Positions 29,529-40,000 of a DNA stretch of 46,564 nucleotides are shown piece after piece. The notes below the pieces were generated by a model that ran no database searches, had not been told where the DNA came from, and saw only the letters and a program-made list of their open reading frames with translations. Source of the stretch: Chrysochromulina tobinii (taxonomy: Eukaryota); NCBI GenBank assembly GCA_001275005.1, contig JWZX01002723.1, positions 1-46,564 on the forward strand, read 5' to 3'. Position numbers and translations under genes: made by a program. Every line of letters begins with the position of its first letter. Positions within the stretch are counted from its first letter, which is position 1.

Positions 29529-32395
29529 ATGCGCAACGAGAAGAGTTTGGAGGCCGACAGCGGCCGCCTACGCGGTGGCGGCGGCGAGAAAACTCCACTA
29601 ATGGGGGACCCTTTGCCGGCTCCCGCCTTCAAGTGCTGGATTCCGGCCTTGGTGATCGCCGCCGTCTTGCTATTGGTCGTTTTGCTCTACGTCATGCTTT
29701 GCGTCATATGGCCATTTTGCATCGTCTGGCCGCTTCAATCCGGAGCGCTGCAACCTGCCACGTCAACGTCATACGGCAGCTCGCCGCCTGCAACGTTACC
29801 GGCCCACGCCATCTTGTCGCCACCCTCCTCCCAACACCCTCCTCCCGCGTCGTCGCCAGGCACGACGACGCCGGGCACGACGCCCAGCATCGTTCCGGGA
29901 GCCATCGCCCCAACCGAAGACTGCGCCAAAGGTTCCGTGTGGGACGTCCATTCCGGAGGATGCTTCGCGCCAGTGCCTTTTGAGCAGCGCGGCTGCTACC
30001 CGCGCTCAGCGTGCGAGGCGAGGTACGCGTCGTCCTTCAGCGACGAGCTGAGCTGCATTCCGCAGGGCTTCAACGGCGAGTGCTCCTCGGCTCTCTCGGA
30101 GTTGCACGGCTTCGGCATCGTACCGAACGCAAAGCGTGGGGACGACTACGCGAATCACGGCTATTACGGGACGTCGTCGTACATCCGCCTGTTTGAGTTC
30201 CTCGGCCGCGAGGTGATGATCCTAGAGGACCGACCGTCGCTCCCGCGCCCCCAGACCTCGCTCTGATGATCACCTTTGCGACCTATTCGTACCCTCCTCA
30301 TACCCTCCTTGACCGTCGCTCTCCCCCCCCTCACCGCGGGGCACTGGTTGGCTGGGTGCGTGCCGACGTGTGTGCAGGTGGGCGAGCCCGTCACTGACAG
30401 CACTGCCGAGACCTCCCACTTTGGCTATTTCGGTCAGTGGCTCTCGCCGTATGCGCGCACCGCCTACGACCCCAAAGTGGCCGCACAAGAAGGATCGAGC
30501 TACCGCGGCAGCAAGGCGACCGATTCCATCGAGGGAGGTCTCTTCAGCGCAAGCAAGCTCGGCAAGACCAAGTACCCCAAGTACCTTCCGAGTGCGTCGA
30601 CCAAGGCGTACACTCCGTGGTCGGATACATCGCGAGGGTGGGGCTTCTCGGAGAACGCTCTCGACTGCAGCTACCTCGGGGTCGTCTATCTGTCCAACCG
30701 CATCATCATCCCGCCGAGCGGCATCTCGTACGAGCCGTCCCAGGAGACGCATGCCACGGATGGCGGCATCTTCGTCGGGGCGGCCTGGCTCGCTTTCCCA
30801 ATCTTCCATGCAAAGTACGAGCGGAACAACGAGACGGTCAGGCGCACCTCAACGGACCCGATGCTGAGTTGGACGCACGTTATCGACACGGCGCAGCTGC
30901 GCGGGCCCGTACTGACGTACGCCCCCGAGTTTTTCACGCGACGCTACGCGGCATGGTGCCAGTACCAAACCGGGCAGGACGGAGGCCACGACTGGTCGCT
31001 CGACCCAAGCACCATGTCGGGCCACTGCCTCGACCCAAGCCTCTACCAAACCCTGGGCTACTCCCCTGCGGACGGTCTTCCGACGACGGGTGGCGAGTTC
31101 GAGGCCATCCCGGCCGTGTTCCATGACTCGACAGCGACGACTGAGAATCTAGGCGAGTGGACGGGCCCCACGTTTTGGAAGCTGCCGCAGTTTGGGTTCC
31201 CAAGCGCCCAGACCAAGGAGCCCTACGTGCTCGACATGCGCACGTACGACGTGACCGTCTTCGACAATATGGTCGACATGTGGGCTGTAAGTGCCCTCCG
31301 CTGCCATCGCCCCGCCATTGCCCTACCATGCCCCTCTCCCTCTGCACATACACTCGGCTCACCACGTCTCGCCTATCCCTCTTTAAAACCTTTCTCGCGC
31401 GCCTCTTCTTCGCAGCCCGGCAGCTGCCACGAAGAAGGTGCCGGAGAGGACGACGATGAGCCGTTGGCCTACTCGCACGATTGTATCAACCGGACGGAGG
31501 CGGCAGTTGAGGGCTTCTTCAAGAATTCGCACTCCTTCTCCCCGGGCTCGTACAGTATGAAAGCGGTGCCGCCGACCACGACCGTTGACGGCGTCGAGTT
31601 CCACGTGCGGTACAAGGATGCCACCTCCCAGGTGGAGACGGATCTGAGTCTCCTCGCGCCGATAACGGTCAGCCACGAGGAGTATGAGGAGCCCTCTACA
31701 CTGCCCCATGCCCATGCGCTCGGAGGCTCGGGCTCCAATGTGGACCCGAAAGAGACGAACCTGTATTACGACTGGACCTCCGCCTCTCGCGAGTGGTCGC
31801 GCTACGCCAAGACGGTCAGGCACAGTGATGGCACGCTCAAGCTCGCACTGATCGACGAGCAGGAGGCGCCCGAGGCGCTCAAGCCGCTCGAGTACACAGA
31901 GGGGCTCAAGGGACGAGCACAGTACGCCTCGCACGAGGCTCTTGCACAAACAGACTCGACGTTCGACGCGACGTGCTGGGAGTGTACCGACTCGAGCAGG
32001 TGTGAACTACAGGTCCGTACCATCACGACCGAGAGCGGCGCCGTCGTGAGCTACCGTTGGTTCCGCTGGCGTGATCAGCCATCGCTCGTGTCGCTCGCCA
32101 AGGAATTCCCACAGCAGTACACCGATTCGTACCTCGCCCACATGCAGAAGCGTGTCGAGTGGATGCACACGCACTGGGGCTCCTCGGCCCATCCCGAAAA
32201 CTTCCTAAAGCGGCCGAAGAAGCTCAAGCACCTCGCGGAACTCGAGCACGCCCCTCGTCCCTCGACGCGCCGCCGGATGGCGTACCCTCGTATGGCTGGG
32301 TGCCCGTCTCGCTCTCGGAGGAGTATCCTGCCACAGCGGCGTGCCGGCAGAACGGCGGGGCGACGGCGGGCAGCAAACTCGAGACGGCTTGGTAA
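29529..32395 (+). CDS. Type II membrane protein of unknown function; introns 30213-30377 and 31287-31415; apparent frameshift at about 32251-32262
   Basis: TM helix, Pro/Thr linker, Cys-rich segment and a large Trp/Tyr-rich globular domain. Both GT..AG introns (165 and 129 nt) preserve frame. The terminal PPDGVPSYGWVPVSL is in the frame of ORF 32159..32395. Confidence 0.7.
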
Positions 32396-32876
32396 GATAG
32401 ATCACTTGAGCACTGGGTCGAGAGTGAGTGAGATCCGTGGACAGTGCGTGAGTGCGTGACTCATCGACACGGGGCTTGTGAAAACCCCGTGCGGGTGCAC
32501 GTAGCGCGTACCGTAGCGGTGCAGGGTGTTGACGTGAGCCGCTTGGCGTCTCCGAAGCGCGTACATGTACCGTAGCGGTGCGGGGGACGCCGGGCGGCCG
32601 GGGGTGACGTCGCCTCTGACCGTCTCTCCGCGACTCCTACCACCCGCGGCGTACCGGCTACCGCGGCGATCGTCTGTCTCTCGGTGCGCGTGACCGAGAT
32701 GACGAAAATCGACATAAACAACTTCGGTCACGGAGTTAGGGGCCCGCACACGGACGGGACCCTCAACACCCACATCGAGCCATGGCAACTGGCGCAGATT
32801 GCGGGAGCACGTACTACTCGTCACGCCACGCCGGATCTCGACCCCCGGATACAAGTGCCACCCCTATGGCCTGCTC

Positions 32877-33866
32877 CTACCCGTTCCGAGCCAACCTCAC
32901 GACCGTGCCATCCTGCTCCAGCAGCACCATCACGCCCGTAGCCTTCTTGAGTTTCCGGCGAAAGAGGTGCCTCGCGGCTGCTCTACCGTCGGCGCTCAAC
33001 TCGGCGCCAGCATCGCCGAGATGAGCGCCGAGATGAGCGAGCACGGCCTTGCGCAAGCGCTTCAGTCGCAGAGAGCCGCCTGGCGCCTCGCGCAAGACCT
33101 GCCGGATGACGCGCCTCCACTTGAAGGGCGGTGCGGATGCGGCGCCGGCAGCTGCTGTGCGAGCCAGCCCCCTCGGCGGCGCGTAATCGTAATCCTCCAT
33201 GGCCAGCCAGTCGCCGTGCGCTATGCAATCTTGGACGAAGCTCGGCATGACAATCGGGATGCCTCTCTTGCGCGCCCTCCGCACGAGCACGGTCTCGCGT
33301 TGCACGGCCTTTTCACTCGCCACGAGCAGGTCGACTTTTCGGTGCACGCTTTGCGACACGCTGCCGCCATGACGTTCGATGAGTCTGCGCATCTCATCCC
33401 GTGGCACGCTGTCGATAGATAGCGCGAACACAATCTCGTGGAATAGCCACGTCGGCGACCCGCCATCGAGGAAGCCCGCTTGCTGCGCACGGTCGCGGAA
33501 GAAGCTATCTATGTGTGGCTGAAAATGGTCCTCCTCCGGCGGTCCACCCAGCGAAAACGGAGGCGGCTCCGTTGTGCCATACCCACTGATGGGTTCAAAC
33601 GTGAAGGTCGGCGACTTTGCACTCTTGACGCTCACACTCAAGGCAGACAGAGCGGGCGACGGATGGCTCAAGGCGGATAACGCGGGCGACGCTGTTGGCT
33701 TTAGCGCGGGCGATGCTTTCGGCTTTGCTGCCACGCCTGGCTTGCAGAAGCATGCCGTGCGACCGCACACTGCGCACACGACTGCTGTCGCCGCTCCTGA
33801 TTCGGCATCGAACGTGATCTTCGAGAAGCCCTTCATCGGTCGTTGGTGCGGCTTCGTCTTCCCCAT
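32877..33866 (-). CDS. BRCT-domain protein with a C-terminal basic winged-helix-like (LYAR C-terminal-like) domain
   Basis: LIERHGGSVSQSVHRKVDLLVA..ARKRGIPIVMPSFVQDCI (BRCT); FKWRRVIRQVLREAPGGSLRLKRLRKAV; N-terminal CAVC..CFC. Confidence 0.75.
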   Translation of the reverse strand: MGKTKPHQRPMKGFSKITFDAESGAATAVVCAVCGRTACFCKPGVAAKPKASPALKPTASPALSALSHPSPALSALSVSVKSAKSPTFTFEPISGYGTTEPPPFSLGGPPEEDHFQPHIDSFFRDRAQQAGFLDGGSPTWLFHEIVFALSIDSVPRDEMRRLIERHGGSVSQSVHRKVDLLVASEKAVQRETVLVRRARKRGIPIVMPSFVQDCIAHGDWLAMEDYDYAPPRGLARTAAAGAASAPPFKWRRVIRQVLREAPGGSLRLKRLRKAVLAHLGAHLGDAGAELSADGRAAARHLFRRKLKKATGVMVLLEQDGTVVRLARNG

Positions 33867-33966
33867 GATCGTCTTTTGTATAGAGTGTGAAAGGAGTGTG
33901 AACATACTAGACTTCAGGTCGACCGGAGGTCAACGCATGCGAAAGGCGAGCTTATTAACAAACGCT

Positions 33967-35247
33967 TCACGCTGCGGCGATCCCAAACACCCTCTGCGCC
34001 ATCGCGGCGGCCGCCTCGGGCTGCTCGGGCACCTCGTCGTGCGCTATCGTCGTGCGCCACATCGTGCGCTCGGCTTCACTCTCCGGCGGCACCTTCGTAG
34101 CGGCGTGCATCGTCGCCGTGTTGTCCCAGACCACCACGTCTCCTGCCGTCCACCGATGGCGATAGCGAAAGCGCGCGGACGTGGCGAACGAGGAGAGGGC
34201 ATCGACGAGCCTGCCCGGTAGCCCTGGCAGCGCCTCGGCCGACGGCGGCAGCACTTGCGCGTCCGCCGATCCTGAGGCTGGGGGCGCTGTGGCGTAGGTA
34301 ACAGCGGCGATCACGTGAGGTGCGAGGTACAGCGCCGTGAGGCCCGTCGGCCGGTGCGGCCAGGCGATCGGGTGATGCGCTGGGACCGTCAGCGCAGCCT
34401 CCCTCTCTGCGGAGAGAAAGCTCGGCAGCGGGCTCGGTGGCGGCGGCGACAGCGTCGCTGGCGAGTCGCTCGTGCTCAAGCACGATGGCTCCGCCGCCTC
34501 GGCGGACGACGGCTCGGTGGACGACGGCGGTCCAGTGGGGTGTGAATGGGCTGTGAACGGCGGTCCAGTGGGGTGTGAATGGGCTGTGAACGGCGGTCCA
34601 GTGGGGTGCACCCGTACCAGCCGCCGAAAGGACGCATGCAGCTGCTGGTACGAGTGCACGCCGTGGAGCCCAGCCAGGTGCGCCTGCTGCGCAGGATCGA
34701 GCGCAGAGAAGGCTGCAATCGTCGAAGCGAAGAGCGTGTCTCCGCTGCCGTCTGCTGGCGTCGACACGCAATACATCATCGAGGCCCGGGGCGGCGGCTT
34801 TCGAAAGGATTGGTCCGTGTGCCAAGACGGAGTGCCGCGCGCCGTGTCAAACTGATCGCCGTCAACGGTATCTAACGCCTCCGCCTCTGGCGGCTTGCCG
34901 TCGAACACACGAGCCGAGGGCACCTTGTGGAAGACGTGGACACGCGTATCGTTGTGGAGCAGCGTCTCATACGGCCCATCGGGTGGGGAGGCCTCTATGT
35001 TGCCAAAGACGGAGCTCAATAGAATCATGTCTTCGCGGCTCCACGTCCACAGCCCGGGGAAGAGCATCAGCCCGCGCGATGCTGCAAAGGCCAACCGCAG
35101 CTCTCTTTGGTTCTCTTCCGAGGCGAGTGCAACTGGCGTGAGGCCGTGCACCATGAAGCCGAAGCCGATGTCCGCACGCAGGGGCGTGTAGTCAAAGTAT
35201 GTTGCGGCAGCGGACGTGGGGAGGAGGAGCGTGACGCAGATGTTCAT
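33967..35247 (-). CDS. TauD/TfdA-family Fe(II)/2-oxoglutarate dioxygenase with hydrophobic N-terminus
   Basis: WHTDQSF (HxD), GDTLFAS, HRWTAGDVVVWDNTATMH, RTMWRTT. Confidence 0.9.
   Translation of the reverse strand: MNICVTLLLPTSAAATYFDYTPLRADIGFGFMVHGLTPVALASEENQRELRLAFAASRGLMLFPGLWTWSREDMILLSSVFGNIEASPPDGPYETLLHNDTRVHVFHKVPSARVFDGKPPEAEALDTVDGDQFDTARGTPSWHTDQSFRKPPPRASMMYCVSTPADGSGDTLFASTIAAFSALDPAQQAHLAGLHGVHSYQQLHASFRRLVRVHPTGPPFTAHSHPTGPPFTAHSHPTGPPSSTEPSSAEAAEPSCLSTSDSPATLSPPPPSPLPSFLSAEREAALTVPAHHPIAWPHRPTGLTALYLAPHVIAAVTYATAPPASGSADAQVLPPSAEALPGLPGRLVDALSSFATSARFRYRHRWTAGDVVVWDNTATMHAATKVPPESEAERTMWRTTIAHDEVPEQPEAAAAMAQRVFGIAAA
34524..34608. repeat. 33-bp in-frame tandem repeat (HPTGPPFTAHS), about 2.6 copies, in the TauD insert
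   Basis: acggcggtccagtggggtgtgaatgggctgtga at 34524 and 34557, partial at 34590. Confidence 0.9.
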
Positions 35248-35467
35248 GAAGTGCGACAACAACGCGCTGCAAACGCTCGCGCGCCTCCTGCCGCCCGCAC
35301 CGCCGTCGACGGTGAAGCCACACCTCGACTCTCATTCCTTTCATCGAAGATCGTCGCGTCACGGCGAGCGCACCATTAAAGGCACCAGCAGCGAGATTCT
35401 CCCACTACTGTACTTCACTTTTCGAGCACACTGACAAACTCGGATTTCGTCGCGCGGGCCGATTCAC

Positions 35468-36896
35468 ATGTTGAAGCTCATAACACCTCTCCTCAGCGCC
35501 ACACTATTGACGTCAGTGGACGATATGCACGCTCGTCATCACAGCCGTCGAGCGGTCTTAGAGCGTGCCGCGATCTTTGCTGTGCCGCCGGCGTTGTCGC
35601 TACTGCCATGCTCGGCAGCCCATGCGGCGGCCGAGCTCACGGATGAGCAGTCTCTCATCGTGGAAGCCTGGGCAGTCGTGCAGCGTGGCTACGTGGACCA
35701 GCAGTTTGGCGGCAACGATTGGAAGGCGATCAAGAGCGAGTACCTCAAGCGCAAGTACAAGAGCATGGGTGCTGCACGGGAGGCCATCGGCGAGATGCTC
35801 AGCGTGCTCGGCGACCGGTACACGCGGTACCTGTCGCCTGGAGCCTACAGCGCGCTGCTCGCCAAGTACGAGCGGCCGGCAGACAATGGTGGGATCGGCG
35901 TGACATTGCGCAGTGCCAGCGTTCCCGCGGCCAAGCTGAGCCAGATTGAGATCGTGAGCATCGTGCCAGGCGGACCCGCGGCCGCAGCCGGCCTGCAGGT
36001 GGGCGACCTCTTCGAGACGGTGGACGGGCGCACGCTTCCAACATACGCAACCGCCGACGACGTCGCCGGCCTTCTCCTTGGGAGGCTCGAAGAGCCTGTG
36101 AGCGTGAGCGTGCGTCGTGCCGACGGAAGCAGCGCCAGCTTCAATCTCCGTCGAGCAGTTCTCAAACAGGGGGAGGTTGAGGCGCGCGAGGTCGTTCGCC
36201 CCAGCAGCGGGAAGCGCATCGGCGTTCTCACGGTGCCGCTGTTCAGCGCGCCCATCGCCAACGGTGGCGACGGGGGCACGCTCGCCTCACTGCAGGCTGC
36301 CCTCTCCTCCGAGCCGTTAGTCTCGTGCCAGGAGCTGCTGATCGACTTGCGAGGCAACCCAGGAGGCCACTTCCCATCGGGTGTGGAGGCCGCCAAGCTC
36401 TTCTTTGCCTGCATGCAAGTGCTCACGACGGCACCCTCCCTTCCCCACAGGTGTGGAGGCCGCCAAGCTCTTCTTGCCTGCGGATGTGACGGTCGTCGCG
36501 ACCGTCGACCGCACGGGCAAGCCCTCGCCCGTGCTCACGTTCGCCAAGGGTCCGTTTGCTGGCCAAGACCGTCCCACGTACGTGCTCGTCGACAAGGGCA
36601 CTGCCTCGGCCGCCGAGGTGTTCGCGGCGGCGCTGCAGGGCAACCGTGCGGCCAAAGTGGTCGGCGAGCGTACATACGGCAAAGGGCTCGTTCAGTCCAT
36701 CCAGCGGCTCACCGACAGCTCCGCGGTCGTGCTCACTGTAGCCAAGTACCGCACGCCTCAGGGCGAGGACATCAACGGAAAGGGCATCGTGCCGGCGCTG
36801 CCGGTCGCGTGTGCATCCAAGACCGACGCTGTGCAGTGCTTGGAGCAAGCGCTCGCGTCGCGTCGGGCAAGTGACGATGTGGGGCGGACATTTTGA
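35468..36896 (+). CDS. ctpA: C-terminal processing peptidase (S41A, PDZ), thylakoid-lumen CtpA-like; intron 36381-36450
   Basis: Twin-Arg SRRAVL and AHA cleavage site; LGDRYTRYL, GGIGV, IDLRGNPGG, catalytic TASAAEV and TYGKG. Removing the 70-nt GT..AG intron joins the two ORF-track frames. Confidence 0.9.
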
Positions 36897-37098
36897 TACG
36901 CTCCGTGTTATTTGCAGGAAAATAATTGAAAGCCTTCGGTTTGCGTCGCCGTTCTCCCGTGTACATTGTTTCGAGGTGAATTATTGTGAGTCTACAGTAG
37001 CACAAACATGAAACAGTCGCCTCTGGTGGTTCACTCAGCTGGCGACACGCTGGGGACCAGGAGGAGGAGCTCCGCGGAGGGCCGATGGGTCAATATGA

Positions 37099-40000
37099 TC
37101 ATGGGGCGACGGGGGTGAAGGTGTCGCGCCGTGGTTTCGGCCCGATGCGGGACGCCTTCTGCACGGGCCGCGAGCCCGGCACGGCGCCCGCGACGGCGCC
37201 GTGGCTTGTCGAGGCCGGGGTGTTTGGCTGCGGCGGCGGCGCGGCGGCCGCAACGGTCGGCGGAGTGGGGCGTGGCACTCGCGAGGAGGGCGCTGCCACG
37301 GAGGCAGCTGGCATCGGAGACGAGAGCGGCGGCGTGTCGGCTCCCATCTCGCGCTTAGCCACTGATCTTGGCACCTTGAGTCGCACGGAGGGCGGCGGGG
37401 GCGCTGGTCCGTCTCCGATGCGCTCCGCAGACACGCTGAGCCGTGCCGTGGCCGCTTTGCCGTCGGCGGTCACACTGAGCCTGCTCGATGCGGACCGGAC
37501 GCTCGCCTCACTCACATAGTCCGACTCCCCGACGTGGGCGTAGCGCGACCGACAGCTTGGTGCCGGCTTGTACGGCGGCACGTGATTGGCCGGCGTCGAG
37601 TCCCACTCCGGTAGTGGGCGGGGGGGCGCCTTGGCGGGGGGCGCCCTCGGAGGGGGCACGGCGGCGCTCGGCGGGGCGGGCGGCGCGCGCGGCAGCGGGG
37701 ATGGCGCGCCCAGCTGCACCCCCGCAGGCATGGCGCCCGGCATGGCGCGCGGCTCGGCATCGCACGACGCCCAGCAAATGTGGGGGCGCTCGCCTTTGTC
37801 CGCCGTCTCGTCCCTGGCACTCGGCTTGGCGCCCGCGGCGGCGCGCACTCGCTTGGCACCATATTTGGGAGAGTCGACGGCACTGAACCCACCGGCCGTC
37901 GATCGCATCTCCCCGGCGCCTACGTCCCGGCTCGAGCATTCGCCCCACTCGCCACCGATGGTGCCCTCGCCCCAAGTGCCCTGTGCGCCTCCCCCGTGCG
38001 GCGAGACCGCCGAGGGGGTGTGCGGCAGCTCGCCCGACTTGGCGCCACGGCCGGGGGTCTTCGGCGCCGTCCTGGGCGCCTTCCGCCCCGGGCTTTTCAT
38101 AGCGGCCGCGTGGGCCGTCCCGGGAACGTAGGGCGCTGTCGTGGGCGCGGGCCCAGCACGCGTGCCGGCGTCTTGGTAGGCATCTTGGTATGCGTCCCCG
38201 TACGAGGCACCGCTGTGGGCGCCCACGACAGCGCCCGGCCCAGCCAAATCAACCTTGTCACCCAGATCGTACGCATAGCCCGCATGAAAGCCGTCGTAGC
38301 ACTCGCCCCGAGGAGCGCCGTGGTGAGCGCCAGCAGCGGCGGCGGAGGCGGCGGAGGGGAAAGGCACGTTGGGGACCGACGCGGGAATGGTGGCGGGGTT
38401 GGACTGACTTGAGACCGTGCCCGCGCGGCAGGGCGGCTGCAGCCGGGTCGGTGTGGGCAGCCGCGAGGGCGGCGCAGCTCGCGCGGAGATCGCAGCTCCA
38501 CCGATAGCGCTCAACTCGGCGCTGCTGCCACGTGGCGTGCGGCAAGAAGGGCTGCCCGCATTCAGGAGCGCGAGAGTCGATCCCCCCCGCGAGGTGCGAT
38601 CTCCTCGGGAGGTGCGAGGGTGCCTCGCGGCGGCTTTGGCGGCAGCCGCGCTCGTCGGGTGGCATCCGGACTCCGCGGCGGGCGCGGGCGAAGCGGCTGC
38701 GGTAGAGGCGGCGAGCCGTTCGAGATCAAGGAACTCAGCCGTCAGGCGCGACGTTTGGGCAAGCACGCCCTCGTCGGTGCCTGGCGGCGCATCTGATTCG
38801 TCACCGTCGGCCAGAGAGCCCGTAGGTGGCGCGTGCACCTCCGTCGCAGGGCGCATCAAGTCGTCCTCCTCCGAGGCGAACGGAAAGGGGCGCGGCGGTG
38901 CAGCGCAGCTCACGAAATGGCGTGAGGGTGTCTCGGGCATCGGCACGCTGTAGCTGGCGCTGAGGGGGCTCGGCCCGTGCAGGCTCGTTGGGTGCGGGCT
39001 GTACGGGCTGCCCTCACCGCCGAGTCCGCTGCCTGGCAGCCGGCTGGTGCTGTGAGGCGTGCGCGGGGCGGTGTGAAGGGCGGTGTGAAGGGCGGTGCTG
39101 TGAGGCGTGCGCGGGGCGGCAGCAGCGGGCGGTGCGGCGCTCGCGAGGGCGCTGTCGGCCGAGCGCGAGGCGTACGCGGGCGAGGTGCCACTTGAGGTGA
39201 CCATACTCGTCCGATGCGAGGGGGCGTGCACGTCCCGGTGAGATCCGCAGCCGCGATGGGGCGAGCACGCCACCCGCGCGCTCGACGAGGACGTCGGATG
39301 CGCATGGCGCGGCGAAAGCAAGTCTGCCGTGGGTGCGGGCGCCGCGCTAATCGGCGCAGCCGGCTTCCCTGCCCCGGGCTTGCTCTGGGAAGCTTCGTGT
39401 GGCTTCCCAGCCCCGCGCGACGAGGCAGCATGGGGCTGCAGGATCGCGAGCAGCGCCTGCTGCATCCCCTGCACCTGGGTGCGCATCTCGGCCGCCAGAT
39501 CGCGCTTCACCTCGGCGAGCAGATCGGCACGTAACGCCGCACCCACGTGCGCGGCCAGCTCCTTGACCAGCTCATCGCGCCGTGGTGAGCCCGTGCATGC
39601 CAAGCCTCCCGGCTGGTTGACCAGCGCGTCCAGTGACGCGCCGCCAGCACCACCGAGAGCGACACTGGTGCCCGCACTGGTGGTCCATGGCGGCGCTGTG
39701 GCGGGCGCTGCGACGAGCGCGCTGGCGGTGGCGGCAGCAGGGGGGGCGGCGGCACGGGCGGTGGTAGCGCGAGTGGCGCCGGCGCTTGCATGCACGTGCT
39801 CCCCACGGCGCTGGTCAGTGGTGGCGCCGGCGCTTGCATGCACCGACGGCCCAAGCCCCATCGACGCGCGCAATTGACGAAGCTCGGCCTCGAGGGCCGC
39901 GACCTTGGCGGACGCGGAGGTCCTTCCTCCTGGCGATCGGGAGGGCGTGAGCGCACTGGCACCACGGCCGCCGCTGCCGCCCGCGACGGCGCCCTCGTCG

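Noticed and set aside
33967..35247. Dioxygenase as an AlkB-type DNA repair enzyme completing a repair cluster
   Set aside because: Motifs (WHTD, WDN..H, R..RTT) are TauD/TfdA-type, not AlkB.
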